Shown: positions 19,814-30,000, numbered from the stretch's first letter. The stretch: 64,000 nt of DNA from Candidatus Poribacteria bacterium (GCA_036339735.1 JAYZAL010000066.1:42652-106651), one strand, 5' to 3'. Made by a program: numbers and translations. Notes: generated by a model from the letters alone, not told the origin.

Positions 19814-20034
19814 TACTCTCCTCCCCGCTGAACGTAACTTTCTATAAATTCCTCATATTCTTCTTCTAAGATTTCATCAATTTCGTCCAGAAGCCGATCT
19901 AAATCATCTTTGATTTCTTCACCTTTTTCCGTAACCTCTTTATTTGGTTGAACAGACTCAGTGTCTTGAGTTCCTTCTTGCTCTGCACTTTGCGTGTTTT
20001 TTTCTTCTTGTTCTTTATTCTTATCAGGCGACAC
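19813..20034 (-). CDS. pup: Prokaryotic ubiquitin-like protein Pup (C-terminal GGE), 73 aa
   Basis: GTG at 20034 follows an AGGAGGT Shine-Dalgarno. The protein has an acidic disordered N-terminus and ends LDRLLDEIDEILEEEYEEFIESYVQRGGE. It lies between dop and prcB. Confidence 0.93.
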   Translation of the reverse strand: MSPDKNKEQEEKNTQSAEQEGTQDTESVQPNKEVTEKGEEIKDDLDRLLDEIDEILEEEYEEFIESYVQRGGE

Positions 20035-20053
20035 CTTGATACCTCCTATTTGG

Positions 20054-21595
20054 TTAAGATGAATCACTAACGGGCTCAACAGGATCATCAGAAGAAGAAA
20101 GTTTCTCGACCAATTGGCTGACACTATTACAATTGAGCAAATCACCAACTAAGGCTTTATTACCAAAATGCGGTCGATCCATAAAGATTTTATTCAACGA
20201 CGAACCTTCAGTAGAAAAGACAATCGAATTCCAACTTACGCTGTGTATATCCGCACTAAACTTTCTTAAGCATGTGCCACGAAAATAAGCTCGAGTATCA
20301 GTTGGTGGACAGGTCATCGCGTGAATGATTTCTTCTTGGTCAACAACTGAAATCACTTGATTGTTTTTGACCAAATGATGGTATAAACCTCTATCGGAAC
20401 GTAAGTCGTGATACTGTAAGTCGAGCATCTTAATACGCGAGTCTTTCCAATTTAGATTGTGTCTTTCTATATATGCCGACATCAGTCGGAGCTTGATCAC
20501 CCAATCTAAATGCTTGTCTAACTGCATAGGATTACTTTCTAATTGATTTAAGACAAAATCCCATTTAGATAAAATATCTAGGTCTGTAGAGCTTAGTTCG
20601 TCTGTGGAAAAGCTTCGCCGGACTAAATTTAGATAGTCCCGTTGTAACTCAATTGGCGATTTTTCTTCGCCTGATTCTAGTCTCAGTTTTTTCTGACAGG
20701 TTAAGTCTCTAGAAACCTTTCTAATGTCACTAACAGGATCCATCAACTTGAACTGACACTTCAACGCACCAATCTGAATCAGTCTCAAAACCAGCGAGGT
20801 AATCCCAATTTTTAGGTATATTGAAAATTCCGACATGTTGGAATCGCCAACAATCACATGAAGGCGACGGTAGATTTCATTATTGGCGTGTGGTTCATCT
20901 CTTGTATTGATAATTGGTCGAGAAACCATCGTACTTAGCCCAACTTCGGTCTCAAAGAAATCGGCTCGTTGGGAAATCTGAAAATCAACTGGTTCAGCGC
21001 CATTTTCAAAACCGATCTTTCCACTTCCTGCAATAATTTGCCGTGTGACAAAGAAAGGTGTTAGTGCATCCGTAAAATCCTGAAACTCAATTTCTCTTGG
21101 TACAAGATAATTTTCGTGGCTACCATAACTATGTCCTTTGTAGTCGGTATTATTTTTATAAATGAGGATTTCTTGTTCTGCTGGTAGGGTAGCTTCAGCC
21201 TTTTTACGTGACGAATCAACAATTAGATCCCCTGCTTTTTCATATATGACTACATCTCTTGCCGTAGTACATTCTGGTGTGCAGTATTCTGGGTGGGCAT
21301 GATCAACATAATATCTACCACCGTTGATAAGAATATCGTTAATAACAGTGTTATCTTCGTCTTTTGGTACGCCATTCCCACCTTCATAAACAAAGCCCCG
21401 GGCATCAGTTAGAGGTGACTCTTGATCATAATCCCAATAAATGTCATTCTCAGTTGACTCGTCAGCCGATTCTACATCTTTTTGACTATAAGAACTTACG
21501 ACCAACATAGAGGCCGCAACAGGATCTTGTTCCTTGACGTTTCTCACGGAAATCCCATATTCAGTTTCTGTGCCAATTATTGAAGGGAAACTCAT
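20054..21595 (-). CDS. dop: Pup deamidase/depupylase Dop
   Basis: ATG at 21595 follows the arc stop. Motifs: IIGTETEYGI, Dop-loop WDYDQESPLTDARGF, YVDHAHPEYCTPE, KNNTD.KG.SYGSHENY, SQRADFFE.EVGL and PP.DTRAYFRG.C. Confidence 0.93.
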   Translation of the reverse strand: MSFPSIIGTETEYGISVRNVKEQDPVAASMLVVSSYSQKDVESADESTENDIYWDYDQESPLTDARGFVYEGGNGVPKDEDNTVINDILINGGRYYVDHAHPEYCTPECTTARDVVIYEKAGDLIVDSSRKKAEATLPAEQEILIYKNNTDYKGHSYGSHENYLVPREIEFQDFTDALTPFFVTRQIIAGSGKIGFENGAEPVDFQISQRADFFETEVGLSTMVSRPIINTRDEPHANNEIYRRLHVIVGDSNMSEFSIYLKIGITSLVLRLIQIGALKCQFKLMDPVSDIRKVSRDLTCQKKLRLESGEEKSPIELQRDYLNLVRRSFSTDELSSTDLDILSKWDFVLNQLESNPMQLDKHLDWVIKLRLMSAYIERHNLNWKDSRIKMLDLQYHDLRSDRGLYHHLVKNNQVISVVDQEEIIHAMTCPPTDTRAYFRGTCLRKFSADIHSVSWNSIVFSTEGSSLNKIFMDRPHFGNKALVGDLLNCNSVSQLVEKLSSSDDPVEPVSDSS

Positions 21596-21596
21596 T

Positions 21597-23393
21597 TTAC
21601 AAGTAAGCTCCACCTTTAACTGTCTTAATTTCTTTTTTCCTTTTTTCTGGCTCATCAGTCATGGCACGAATATTTACAATACGTTCTCCTTTACGTCCGG
21701 AAATTTTAGCCCAATCGTCAGGATTAGTGGTATTTGGCAAGTCCTCATTTTCCTTATATTCTTCCCGAATTGCTTGAACCAGATCATCGAGTTGAAGTCC
21801 TTTTTTACCCGATTCTTTTGATGAATCCTTTATTAATCTCTTAACTGCAGACTTTTTGGCACGGTCCACAATGTTACGAATCATAGCCCCACTAACAAAA
21901 TCTTTGAAATATAACATCTCTCGTTCACCACGAGCATAAGTAACTTCAATGAACTTGTTATCATCAGTCGTGGTATACATCTCGTTTATGGCAGCGAGGA
22001 TTACACTGTTTAACGCTTTTTTTTCATCACCATCATATTCAGCGAGTAACTCAGAATCAATTGGTATCCCGGCACACAAGTATTTGGAAAAAATATCTAC
22101 AGCGTCGTCTTCAGTTGGCCGATCCACCTTGATTTTGACATCTAAGCGTCCAGGTCTTAGCACCGCTGGGTCGAGGAGATCTTGTCGATTGCTAGCACCA
22201 ATTACTATGACGTCCCGCAACCCTTCAATCCCGTCAATTTCAGCCAAAAAGGTAGGGACAACGGTTGATTCCATGTCTGATGAAATACCCATACCGCGGG
22301 ACCTGAACAACGAATCCATTTCATCAAAAAATATAACAACAGGAACACCTTCTTTCGATTTGTTTCGAGCTTTCTGGAATACCTCTCGGATTTTACGTTC
22401 AGTTTCCCCAACATATTTGTTGAGCAACTCTGGGCCTTTGACATTGATAAAGTACCCCCGTACGTCCTCACGGCCTGTTTTCTCTCGAATACGCTTGGCC
22501 AAGTTGTTCGCGATTGCACTTGCCATCATAGTTTTACCACACCCTGGTGGCCCATAAAGTAGGATGCCCTTGGGTGGTGAAAGTTCAAACTCCTTATACT
22601 CATCAGGGTAAAGATAAGGAGTCTCAATCGCATCTCGAATGTGTTCTATCTGTTGGCTTTGACCGCCAATGTCATTGAAACTGATGTCAGGGACCTCTTG
22701 CAGCATTAAATCTTGTGCTTCGTACATCGGTAATTTTTCCATGAGTATGCCACTCACCCGATTCAATAAAACGGAATCCCCAAACCTGAGATCATCCGTA
22801 TTTACCAGCGCGGAAACTTCGACTACACGCTCTTCATCTGCCCTCAGTCCAATCAATACTCGCTGCCTGTCAATGACTTTTTTCACTTTGACTACATCAC
22901 CTCTAGAATCGAAGTGGCAAGTACCCACAACATTAAACGCGCCATTAAGAATTACTTCTTGGCCACGGCGTAATTGACTAACCTGAATTTCGGGATCCAC
23001 GTTGACACGTTGTTTCTTTCCTAACATGTCGATATCAACAGTACCATCCTTGTTCTCAGAAAGAAAAACCCCATAGTGATTTGGTGGAGCACTCAGCTGT
23101 TCGACCTTTCCCTTCAGGTTTTGCAGATGTTCTTTGGTTTCTTGAAGAGCATTTGATAACTTCCGGTTCCGCCGGTGAGCCGACATTAATTCACGAGTCA
23201 TCTCATACAAACGCAATTCAGTCTCATCCGTTGGCGGAGAATTTATTTGCTCACGCAGACTATTAATTTCATTCTGAAGGGACTCAATCTGGTATTCTTG
23301 TTGTCGAACAATATCTTCATCCGTATAGACTTCGTCAACAATAGGAGTTGGCATCGTTTCTGTTTTGTTTGACTTGTTGTCAGGTCTAGGCAT
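21597..23393 (-). CDS. arc: Proteasome-associated AAA ATPase ARC/Mpa
   Basis: N-terminal coiled coil ending PP, two OB-like domains, Walker A GPPGCGKT, KGPELLNKYVGETER, FFDEMD, RPGRLD, EDLPNTTNPDDWAKISG and C-terminal GAYL. Confidence 0.95.
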   Translation of the reverse strand: MPRPDNKSNKTETMPTPIVDEVYTDEDIVRQQEYQIESLQNEINSLREQINSPPTDETELRLYEMTRELMSAHRRNRKLSNALQETKEHLQNLKGKVEQLSAPPNHYGVFLSENKDGTVDIDMLGKKQRVNVDPEIQVSQLRRGQEVILNGAFNVVGTCHFDSRGDVVKVKKVIDRQRVLIGLRADEERVVEVSALVNTDDLRFGDSVLLNRVSGILMEKLPMYEAQDLMLQEVPDISFNDIGGQSQQIEHIRDAIETPYLYPDEYKEFELSPPKGILLYGPPGCGKTMMASAIANNLAKRIREKTGREDVRGYFINVKGPELLNKYVGETERKIREVFQKARNKSKEGVPVVIFFDEMDSLFRSRGMGISSDMESTVVPTFLAEIDGIEGLRDVIVIGASNRQDLLDPAVLRPGRLDVKIKVDRPTEDDAVDIFSKYLCAGIPIDSELLAEYDGDEKKALNSVILAAINEMYTTTDDNKFIEVTYARGEREMLYFKDFVSGAMIRNIVDRAKKSAVKRLIKDSSKESGKKGLQLDDLVQAIREEYKENEDLPNTTNPDDWAKISGRKGERIVNIRAMTDEPEKRKKEIKTVKGGAYL

Positions 23394-23648
23394 GTTTATA
23401 TCTCCGGTTCAATCTGTTGATGACTGCCTAACATTAGTGGGTGATTCGAGATCAATACACCTACTTTCTGTATTCTGAGATAGAACTAAATCTAAATAAC
23501 GAGGCGAGGCTTGCTCCTGACTGCGTAACCGTCACTTTCTCTAAGTAAAACTGTGGAGGGACGCTATCTAGTATTAGAGGTTACTCTGAGGGATAGGCTC
23601 TATGGAACGTCGTAAAACCCAGTTACAGAAGGAGTCTTGAGTGCTGCA

Positions 23649-23677
23649 ATTATAGCATTCGACATAATGAGTGTCAA
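23649..23677 (-). promoter_or_regulatory. Consensus sigma70 promoter of the proteasome operon
   Basis: Minus strand TTGACA (23677-23672), 17 nt spacer, TATAAT (23654-23649) with an extended TG. The predicted TSS is ~23642, about 250 nt upstream of arc. Confidence 0.8.
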
Positions 23678-23702
23678 GACCAAGTGATACTCATGTCCAT
23701 GG

Positions 23703-23731
23703 TTGACGCGTTTCTAGACGTGTGATATAAT
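23703..23731 (+). promoter_or_regulatory. sigma70 promoter of the methyltransferase gene
   Basis: TTGACG, 17 nt spacer, TATAAT with an extended TG. Confidence 0.75.
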
Positions 23732-23762
23732 CCGCCGGCAATAAGGAAGAAAGAACATAAAA

Positions 23763-24401
23763 GTGCCATCATCAGATCTTAGTTTTTATGATATAAACAA
23801 TTATCTCAGTTCAGTCACACCTGCTAGAGATCCGATTTTAACCGAAATGGAGATTTACGGCCAAGAACACAATTTTCCAATTGTTGGGCCAACAGCGGGC
23901 TCTTTTCTGCATCAAATGGTACTTTTGACAAATCCCAAACGAATTTTTGAAATGGGGTCAGGGTTTGGCTATTCCGCTTATTGGATGGCAAAAGCACTAA
24001 ATGATCCAGAGGCAAAGATTATTTGTACTGAGGGAGCCACGAAAAATGCGACGCGTGCAACTTCTTACTTTGAAAGGGGTGGCATAGCTGACAAAATCGA
24101 CTTCAAAATCGGAAACGCACTGGAAATTATCGAAGAAACCACAGGTTTTTTTGATATCATCTACAATGATATCGATAAACATGAATACCCAATAGCCTTC
24201 CAAAAAGCTATACCTCGACTGAGAAAGGGCGGGATGTTTATTACTGACAATTTGATTTGGAACGGACGCGTGATGGGCAAAGACAACGAACCTAGTACAG
24301 TTGGTGTTCGGGAACTCACTAGGCTTCTTTACGAGTCGGATCAATTCTTCACGACCATTGTTCCACTACGTGATGGCCTAGCTGTAGCAATCAAATTATA
24401 G
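23763..24401 (+). CDS. SAM-dependent O-methyltransferase (Methyltransf_3 / CCoAOMT-like)
   Basis: PIVGP..G.FL, RIFEMGSGFGYSA, FDIIYNDIDK..YP, DNLIW.G.V and IVPLRDGL. Confidence 0.9.
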   Translation: MPSSDLSFYDINNYLSSVTPARDPILTEMEIYGQEHNFPIVGPTAGSFLHQMVLLTNPKRIFEMGSGFGYSAYWMAKALNDPEAKIICTEGATKNATRATSYFERGGIADKIDFKIGNALEIIEETTGFFDIIYNDIDKHEYPIAFQKAIPRLRKGGMFITDNLIWNGRVMGKDNEPSTVGVRELTRLLYESDQFFTTIVPLRDGLAVAIKL

Positions 24402-24619
24402 GTGCTCCACAGATGAATAGCCAGCCGGAAGGATTCACACACTTGCAAAATTACCCACTTTGAGTTGCCAATTGACCGTTCAGGTTAAGCCAAACTCCAG
24501 CAACGAAGATGTCGTAGTTATTTTTACTGGTCTTGTGTATCAGAAATTTTTTCTGAAAGTTTGGTCCCCAGCGCCTACTGGCTGATTAAAGTTAGTATGA
24601 CGTTTTTTCATCCGATTAG

Positions 24620-27064
24620 ATGATAAGTTCACAATACCCATTTTTAAACCGAATTCAAAGAGAATACAAGGCTGCCGCTGCCCACGTGTTCTTACTCCAT
24701 CACAACGTTCACGATTTACTCTGGGATCGTCGCTACGGGCTTCTGCCGACTCAGTATTTCTTGATGGAGCAACTAAATATCATCGGCTGTGACATCGTTC
24801 TTGGTTACATTCCCTCGCAAGGTATTATCTGGCCTCATATTGATCATTGGCGACAAATACAACACGCCTTGGGTTTAGAGGTAGAAAAGATAGAGTGGGA
24901 CGATGGACCTCCAGATCCGTCAAAGCCAATTGGTCAATTTCGCCAGGATGGTACTTTTATCGCAGAGCAACTGGGTCTAGTACGGGTTCAGGCTAAGATA
25001 GACTCGACCTATGGAAAGATATATTCAAACCCGAGAACCGTGTATGTGGGAGATACCAAGCGAGATATTCATCGAATAGAAATTCAACCTAGTAGTCAGC
25101 GACATATTTCAGCTGGCAAGCATATTCGTTTTCAAGCTATAGCTTTTGATCAAATGGGAGAGAGAATTGGTATTCAGAACGCCAACTGGCAGGTAGAAGG
25201 AAATATTGGTCAAATTTCTAGAGACGGTGTTTTTGTAGCACAAAAAGGCGGTGAAGGATTCATTAAACTTCAAATAGGGAACCTTAACGCTAAAACCAAC
25301 CGAATGGTTGTTCATCCTAGCGCAGCAGTCGAAATACATTTAGACCCACCAAAAGACCCATTAGAAATTCGAAAGCCTCACCGTTTCTCTGTATCAGGCC
25401 GAGATGTAGGTGGTAATACTTTTAAGCTGCAAAAGGATATCGAGTTTGAAATTGTACCAACCCCTGAAGACAACACTCCCTATCACCCCATTAATCAACA
25501 CGGATTTCATCGCGATAAAATCCATGAAGACCCCTTGATTAGCGATCGGTTACCTCCAGGAAAAGAGCTAAGCCAAAAACTGAGAGAACTCTTTGAGCAA
25601 AATCATTTTAAGGTTGGTTTAGTAGTTTACCAACTGGAAAAAATTGCCCCAAACTCTGACTTGCTAGCATTTGATGAAGAGTACCGATTTTTCGTGGATT
25701 CAATCCATCAATGGTCAGCAGATCTTGAAATGCGGTTCCGTAAACATATTATTCTCATGGCAACTCAGAATTTAGCTGAGGTTCATCCTATGCTTTCTAA
25801 CAATATCGAGATTCCTGTAGTTGAATTGCCATTTCCCGATCTCGAAGAACGAAAGGAGTTAACTAAGCACATAGAAAGCCTATCACGTCTAAGAGCAGAA
25901 AACCAACGCTATCAGGGCGAGTTAATCCACCAAGTTCGTTTGGCAGATGATTACTCACATGATCAGTTTGCTCGAGATACAACTGGCTTAAAATTGTTTG
26001 GTCTACACGACCTGGCTTTGAGAGCTGAGGAAGAGGGAATTCCGATTTCACCCGAATTCGTAGCAGAACATCGCCGACAGAGTGTGTCGGTACATACGTC
26101 TGACATTTTGGAAGTTATGCCTACTCCTTATGATTTGTCTATCGTTGGTGGGCATTCCCACGTGGGGCGAATTCTTGAAAATATCATAACTGCTATACAC
26201 CAGAAAGACCTAAAAAGAATACCTCACGGGGTTTTATTACTTGGTCCATCTGGGACAGGCAAAACCATGATTGCCCAAATGTTGGCACGATACAGCGAAT
26301 TGCCGTTTCTGCGACTCAAAAATCCACGAGAATGGGTGAGAACTGGGGCTACTGGGGATGCTAAAATTTATGAGAAAAAACTTACAGTGGCCTTAAACTT
26401 CATTTCAGGAATGCTGCCAGCAATTGTTTTTATTGATGATATTGACCAAATTAGTGGACTCAGTGAAAGAGCTGGTAAACACAAAGACAACGATAGTATG
26501 TTGCCAGCAGAGTTAGTGAATTTGATTGCTGACCCTACAAAACATGGCCAGATTTTGTGGGTTGGCGCTAGTAATCGGCCGGATCTTTTGGACCCACTTT
26601 TTCGACGGCAAGGACTCTTTGAAGAAAGAATTATCCTCCTGCGACCAACTGACGGAGAAAGAGCAGATATCTTACGTAAATTGTATCACAAGCACCAAAT
26701 TAAACATCAAAATATAGATTTTGACGAAATGGATGAATACACAAGAAAAATGACGGGTGCTGACATTGAACAAGTTGTCCGGCGAAGCTACACTTTTGCT
26801 AAAGCAGATGGGCTAGAAATTGTGAACAACGAATATCTACGAAAAGCAATCTCAGACTTTGTACCACTTTATTCTGATCAAATTAACGAAGCTATTGGGT
26901 TGTTGGCAATGCGCGAGGCAACCTCACGTTCTATGCTTCCACAACGATTACCCTACGAATTGAGAAAATTTGTAGCTGAAGAAGGGAATTATGCTGAATG
27001 GGGTATCGATAAATCTCAAATTAACCAACGCCTCAGAGAATTAGGGGACGTCTTCAGTTTATAA
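24620..27064 (+). CDS. AAA+ family protein with a degenerate N-terminal domain, an inserted Ig-like (Big_2-type) module and a divergent ATPase domain
   Basis: FLLHHNVHDL N-terminal motif; Ig-like segment at ~24890-25460; Walker A GPSGTGKT; Walker B FIDDID; GASNRPDLLDP; MTGADIE. Confidence 0.8.
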   Translation: MISSQYPFLNRIQREYKAAAAHVFLLHHNVHDLLWDRRYGLLPTQYFLMEQLNIIGCDIVLGYIPSQGIIWPHIDHWRQIQHALGLEVEKIEWDDGPPDPSKPIGQFRQDGTFIAEQLGLVRVQAKIDSTYGKIYSNPRTVYVGDTKRDIHRIEIQPSSQRHISAGKHIRFQAIAFDQMGERIGIQNANWQVEGNIGQISRDGVFVAQKGGEGFIKLQIGNLNAKTNRMVVHPSAAVEIHLDPPKDPLEIRKPHRFSVSGRDVGGNTFKLQKDIEFEIVPTPEDNTPYHPINQHGFHRDKIHEDPLISDRLPPGKELSQKLRELFEQNHFKVGLVVYQLEKIAPNSDLLAFDEEYRFFVDSIHQWSADLEMRFRKHIILMATQNLAEVHPMLSNNIEIPVVELPFPDLEERKELTKHIESLSRLRAENQRYQGELIHQVRLADDYSHDQFARDTTGLKLFGLHDLALRAEEEGIPISPEFVAEHRRQSVSVHTSDILEVMPTPYDLSIVGGHSHVGRILENIITAIHQKDLKRIPHGVLLLGPSGTGKTMIAQMLARYSELPFLRLKNPREWVRTGATGDAKIYEKKLTVALNFISGMLPAIVFIDDIDQISGLSERAGKHKDNDSMLPAELVNLIADPTKHGQILWVGASNRPDLLDPLFRRQGLFEERIILLRPTDGERADILRKLYHKHQIKHQNIDFDEMDEYTRKMTGADIEQVVRRSYTFAKADGLEIVNNEYLRKAISDFVPLYSDQINEAIGLLAMREATSRSMLPQRLPYELRKFVAEEGNYAEWGIDKSQINQRLRELGDVFSL

Positions 27065-27090
27065 GTTGGAAAAAACGGAAAAGGTTGTGA

Positions 27091-30000
27091 ATGAACCTAA
27101 AACATGCATTGCTAACCGGTATTGCTCTCCTATTAGGATTTTTATTTTACCCTCGTTCAACGACCAACTACTCAATTGACCAATCCCTAATCTCACCTGC
27201 ACGCACATTGGATAGTGAACCATTGCGCCTGACGGAACTGGTACGTAGCAACCCACCGTATTCAACTTTTGATCTAGGTTACATTTACAAAATTGATACG
27301 GCTCAGGTTGTATTTGGTAGCCCTGAGGATAGTGGCCCACGACAATTCGATATACTGGTTAAAAATCAGTTAAATGATCGTTACAAGAGGATCTATTCCT
27401 TCATTGGAAATTCGCATGAGTATGGTTACCCGCTTCAATCTTTTCAAACCCAGACAGAAGCTCGTTGGGTCCAAGTTGTCATCAATGACTGGTTCACCAA
27501 TAAGCCACAATTACAAAAAGATAGATTTAGAGTTGGTACACGGTATAAGCGACATGGGCCGATCAAAGCTATAACAGCCACTCATAACACTGAATTCCTA
27601 TTTCATCTAACCGATCTTTTGCCCAATACAAAATGGGCTGCAGCTGATGTGATCATTAATAACAAGGAAATAGAAAATGCATCAGTGGCCCCTGAATTTC
27701 GTACACCAACCTTAAATGGCCAATTTGCAACAGTCGCGGTAAAAATTGACCTTGGCCGACGTCAGAACATCTATGGTACTCGTATTACTACAGCTGGGTC
27801 AGGTAATAACCTGAAGCGATATAGTTTGGAGATTGGTGGAAGATCAGCGATCACTCGAGGAGATACTGAGATCAATGATTTTATCCCTTACTACACATCC
27901 GAAATACTTCCAAATGAAGTAGTAAAAGATACTTATCTTCCGGAGACGAGCCAGCGCGGGCGTTTTATAAAGCTGAAAATAGACGTCAACGATTGGTATG
28001 GTGAATATGCTGAAGTTAGCAATTTTGAGGTGTTTACTGACGAATATCGAATACTTTCTAGCCAATTATCTTCCGACCCTCAATACCGGAACTTCGAAGA
28101 TTACACCACAAAGCGAGTAGAATATGAGAATTTGGGAGCTAATAATAACCAGTACGCACCGCATCTCAAGCAAGGGTTTGCATATGATAAAGAAACTGGT
28201 GATTTTCAAAACCGTTATTTATTACCAAAAACAGTTTCAGAACCCGACGCTCCAAATTCTATAGCTTCAGGAGGTTTAGTTGATCAGCGCAGTTTCGCAT
28301 ATCATTACGACACAGTTGAAATCCAATTTGGTGCCATGCGCCCGATGAATCCGAGAATGTTATACTGGGTACAAGTATCTTATCTTCAAAATAGTGATGG
28401 AAAACGAATCCAAAATTTATTGGCGGACCAATTCCTTCTCCACTCTGCACTAGAAATCCCTACTAATGCAGCAAAAACATATACTTTTCAAATTCCGACT
28501 CAAGCTTATGCCAGTGGGCCAACTGCGGGTAAAGTTGCTCTTCGTTTCAATCGATTAGCTGGTGCAAATGCGGTTGTCTCAACTGTCGCATTACTCGAGT
28601 CCTCACCTTTACGTGATGATAATTTGGCTAATAAAAAAGATGGTCAAAAAACTCACTTACTAACAAATCAAAAGCAGGGGCGATCTGTTCGAACAGATAA
28701 TACTATCAAAATAGACGGTTTGGTAAATGACTGGCACTTGTTATACTCCCTAGTACCAATGTTTGCGGGTCAACGAGATAAACCATTACCAACTGAATAC
28801 CAATCCAGAAAAGAATCACCAGTTCACTTATATACGCAATGGAATGATAATAATCTTTATATTTTGCTCAACTTTAATCAGCCAGACGATGAAAAAAATC
28901 GGCTTATTAACCAGCATCATCGACTGCACTTATTCATCGATACGCAGCGCACTGCCTCTCCGGGCATGTACACACCAACGGATCATCATTTTACATTTGA
29001 TTTATCTAATTTTACTGAGCCTGAACCAGAAGTCTATGTTTCGCAAGTTCATCATCACTTGGATGCTATTCCAGCTACTATCAATAACTACGAAGATATC
29101 TCAGTTGCCGTGCGATTAATTCCTTCCACTAATTCTGACTCAAACATTAAAGAAGGTTATACAATTGAGATCCAGTTGCCAAAGCAACTAGTTTTAAATC
29201 GGTTCAAAACCGGCGTTGGCTATTTATTTGGCCTAAACTATATTCTGAATCGAACAGATTTAGAAAAAAAGAGGAACTTATCAAGCTTCGCTTTTACCTC
29301 CTCTGATTCAGATAGTCCACCTCAAAACTGGTTTCCCGTTGAAATGGTTAGCCGCGTCAGTGGTGAGGTAGATATTATGAGTCAAACGGGTCTAGAACCA
29401 ATTGAAAAACTGGTTGTTGGCGACACGATTTCCTTATGTGTTTGGGATGCAGATCGAAATAACGACCCCACTTTGGAAGAATCAATTACTGTTCAATTGA
29501 AAAATAACCGCAGCGAAGTGTCGTCGACGCTGAGACTACCAGAAGTTGATTATGCATCTTTTATCGATGATAACCAAAAACACAATGGAAGTCCTAATAG
29601 TTCGTTCTTCGCTGCCAAAATACTCACTGAGTTTGATGAATTCCCCCCCTCCAATAAAGCTAATATACTCACGACATCACTCCTTAAGGTCCGTGGTGGT
29701 GATGAAATTGTACTATCTTATACTGATCCCTATTTTGGTTACAACCAAAGAGACAAGTTGATTCAGAAAACAGCTCTCGTAGAAAAGGGCCACGATGGAC
29801 GGGTTTACTTTGGTACATTTAATGGTGAAGTATTGGGGCAAATATCTATTGGGTCTGAACTTTTTGTGTTCATTGAAGATGATGATTTACAGGAAAATTT
29901 AGTAAAACCGGTGTCGATTGAACTAAATATACTAGCACCAAAATCTTCTTATCGGTCGCTACAGAAAGAAATAGTAACAGTCTCCTTGGTTGAAACCGAG

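Noticed and set aside
19813-20034. Calling the modifier UBact
   Set aside because: The C-terminus is YVQRGGE with the Pup LLDEID helix, not R[ST]G[EQ].
20035-20148. N-terminal extension of the 111-aa ORF (pup)
   Set aside because: It overlaps the dop 3' end. A strong SD precedes the GTG at 20034, which gives a normal-sized Pup.
21596-21655. First 20 codons of the 533-aa dop ORF
   Set aside because: They overlap arc. Homology starts at the ATG at 21595, right after the arc stop.
21949-22977. Long antisense ORFs over arc (and similar shadows over the permease, aconitase, ROK kinase and other genes)
   Set aside because: They are opposite-strand shadows of well-supported genes, with no motifs or RBS.
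23636-23656. HspR HAIR operator (CTTGAGT)
   Set aside because: Only one half-site is present; there is no ACTCAAG at N7.
24620-27064. Cdc48-like proteasome partner (Cpa)
   Set aside because: It has only one recognisable Walker A/B set, no HbYX-type tail (ends VFSL) and a different N-terminal domain.
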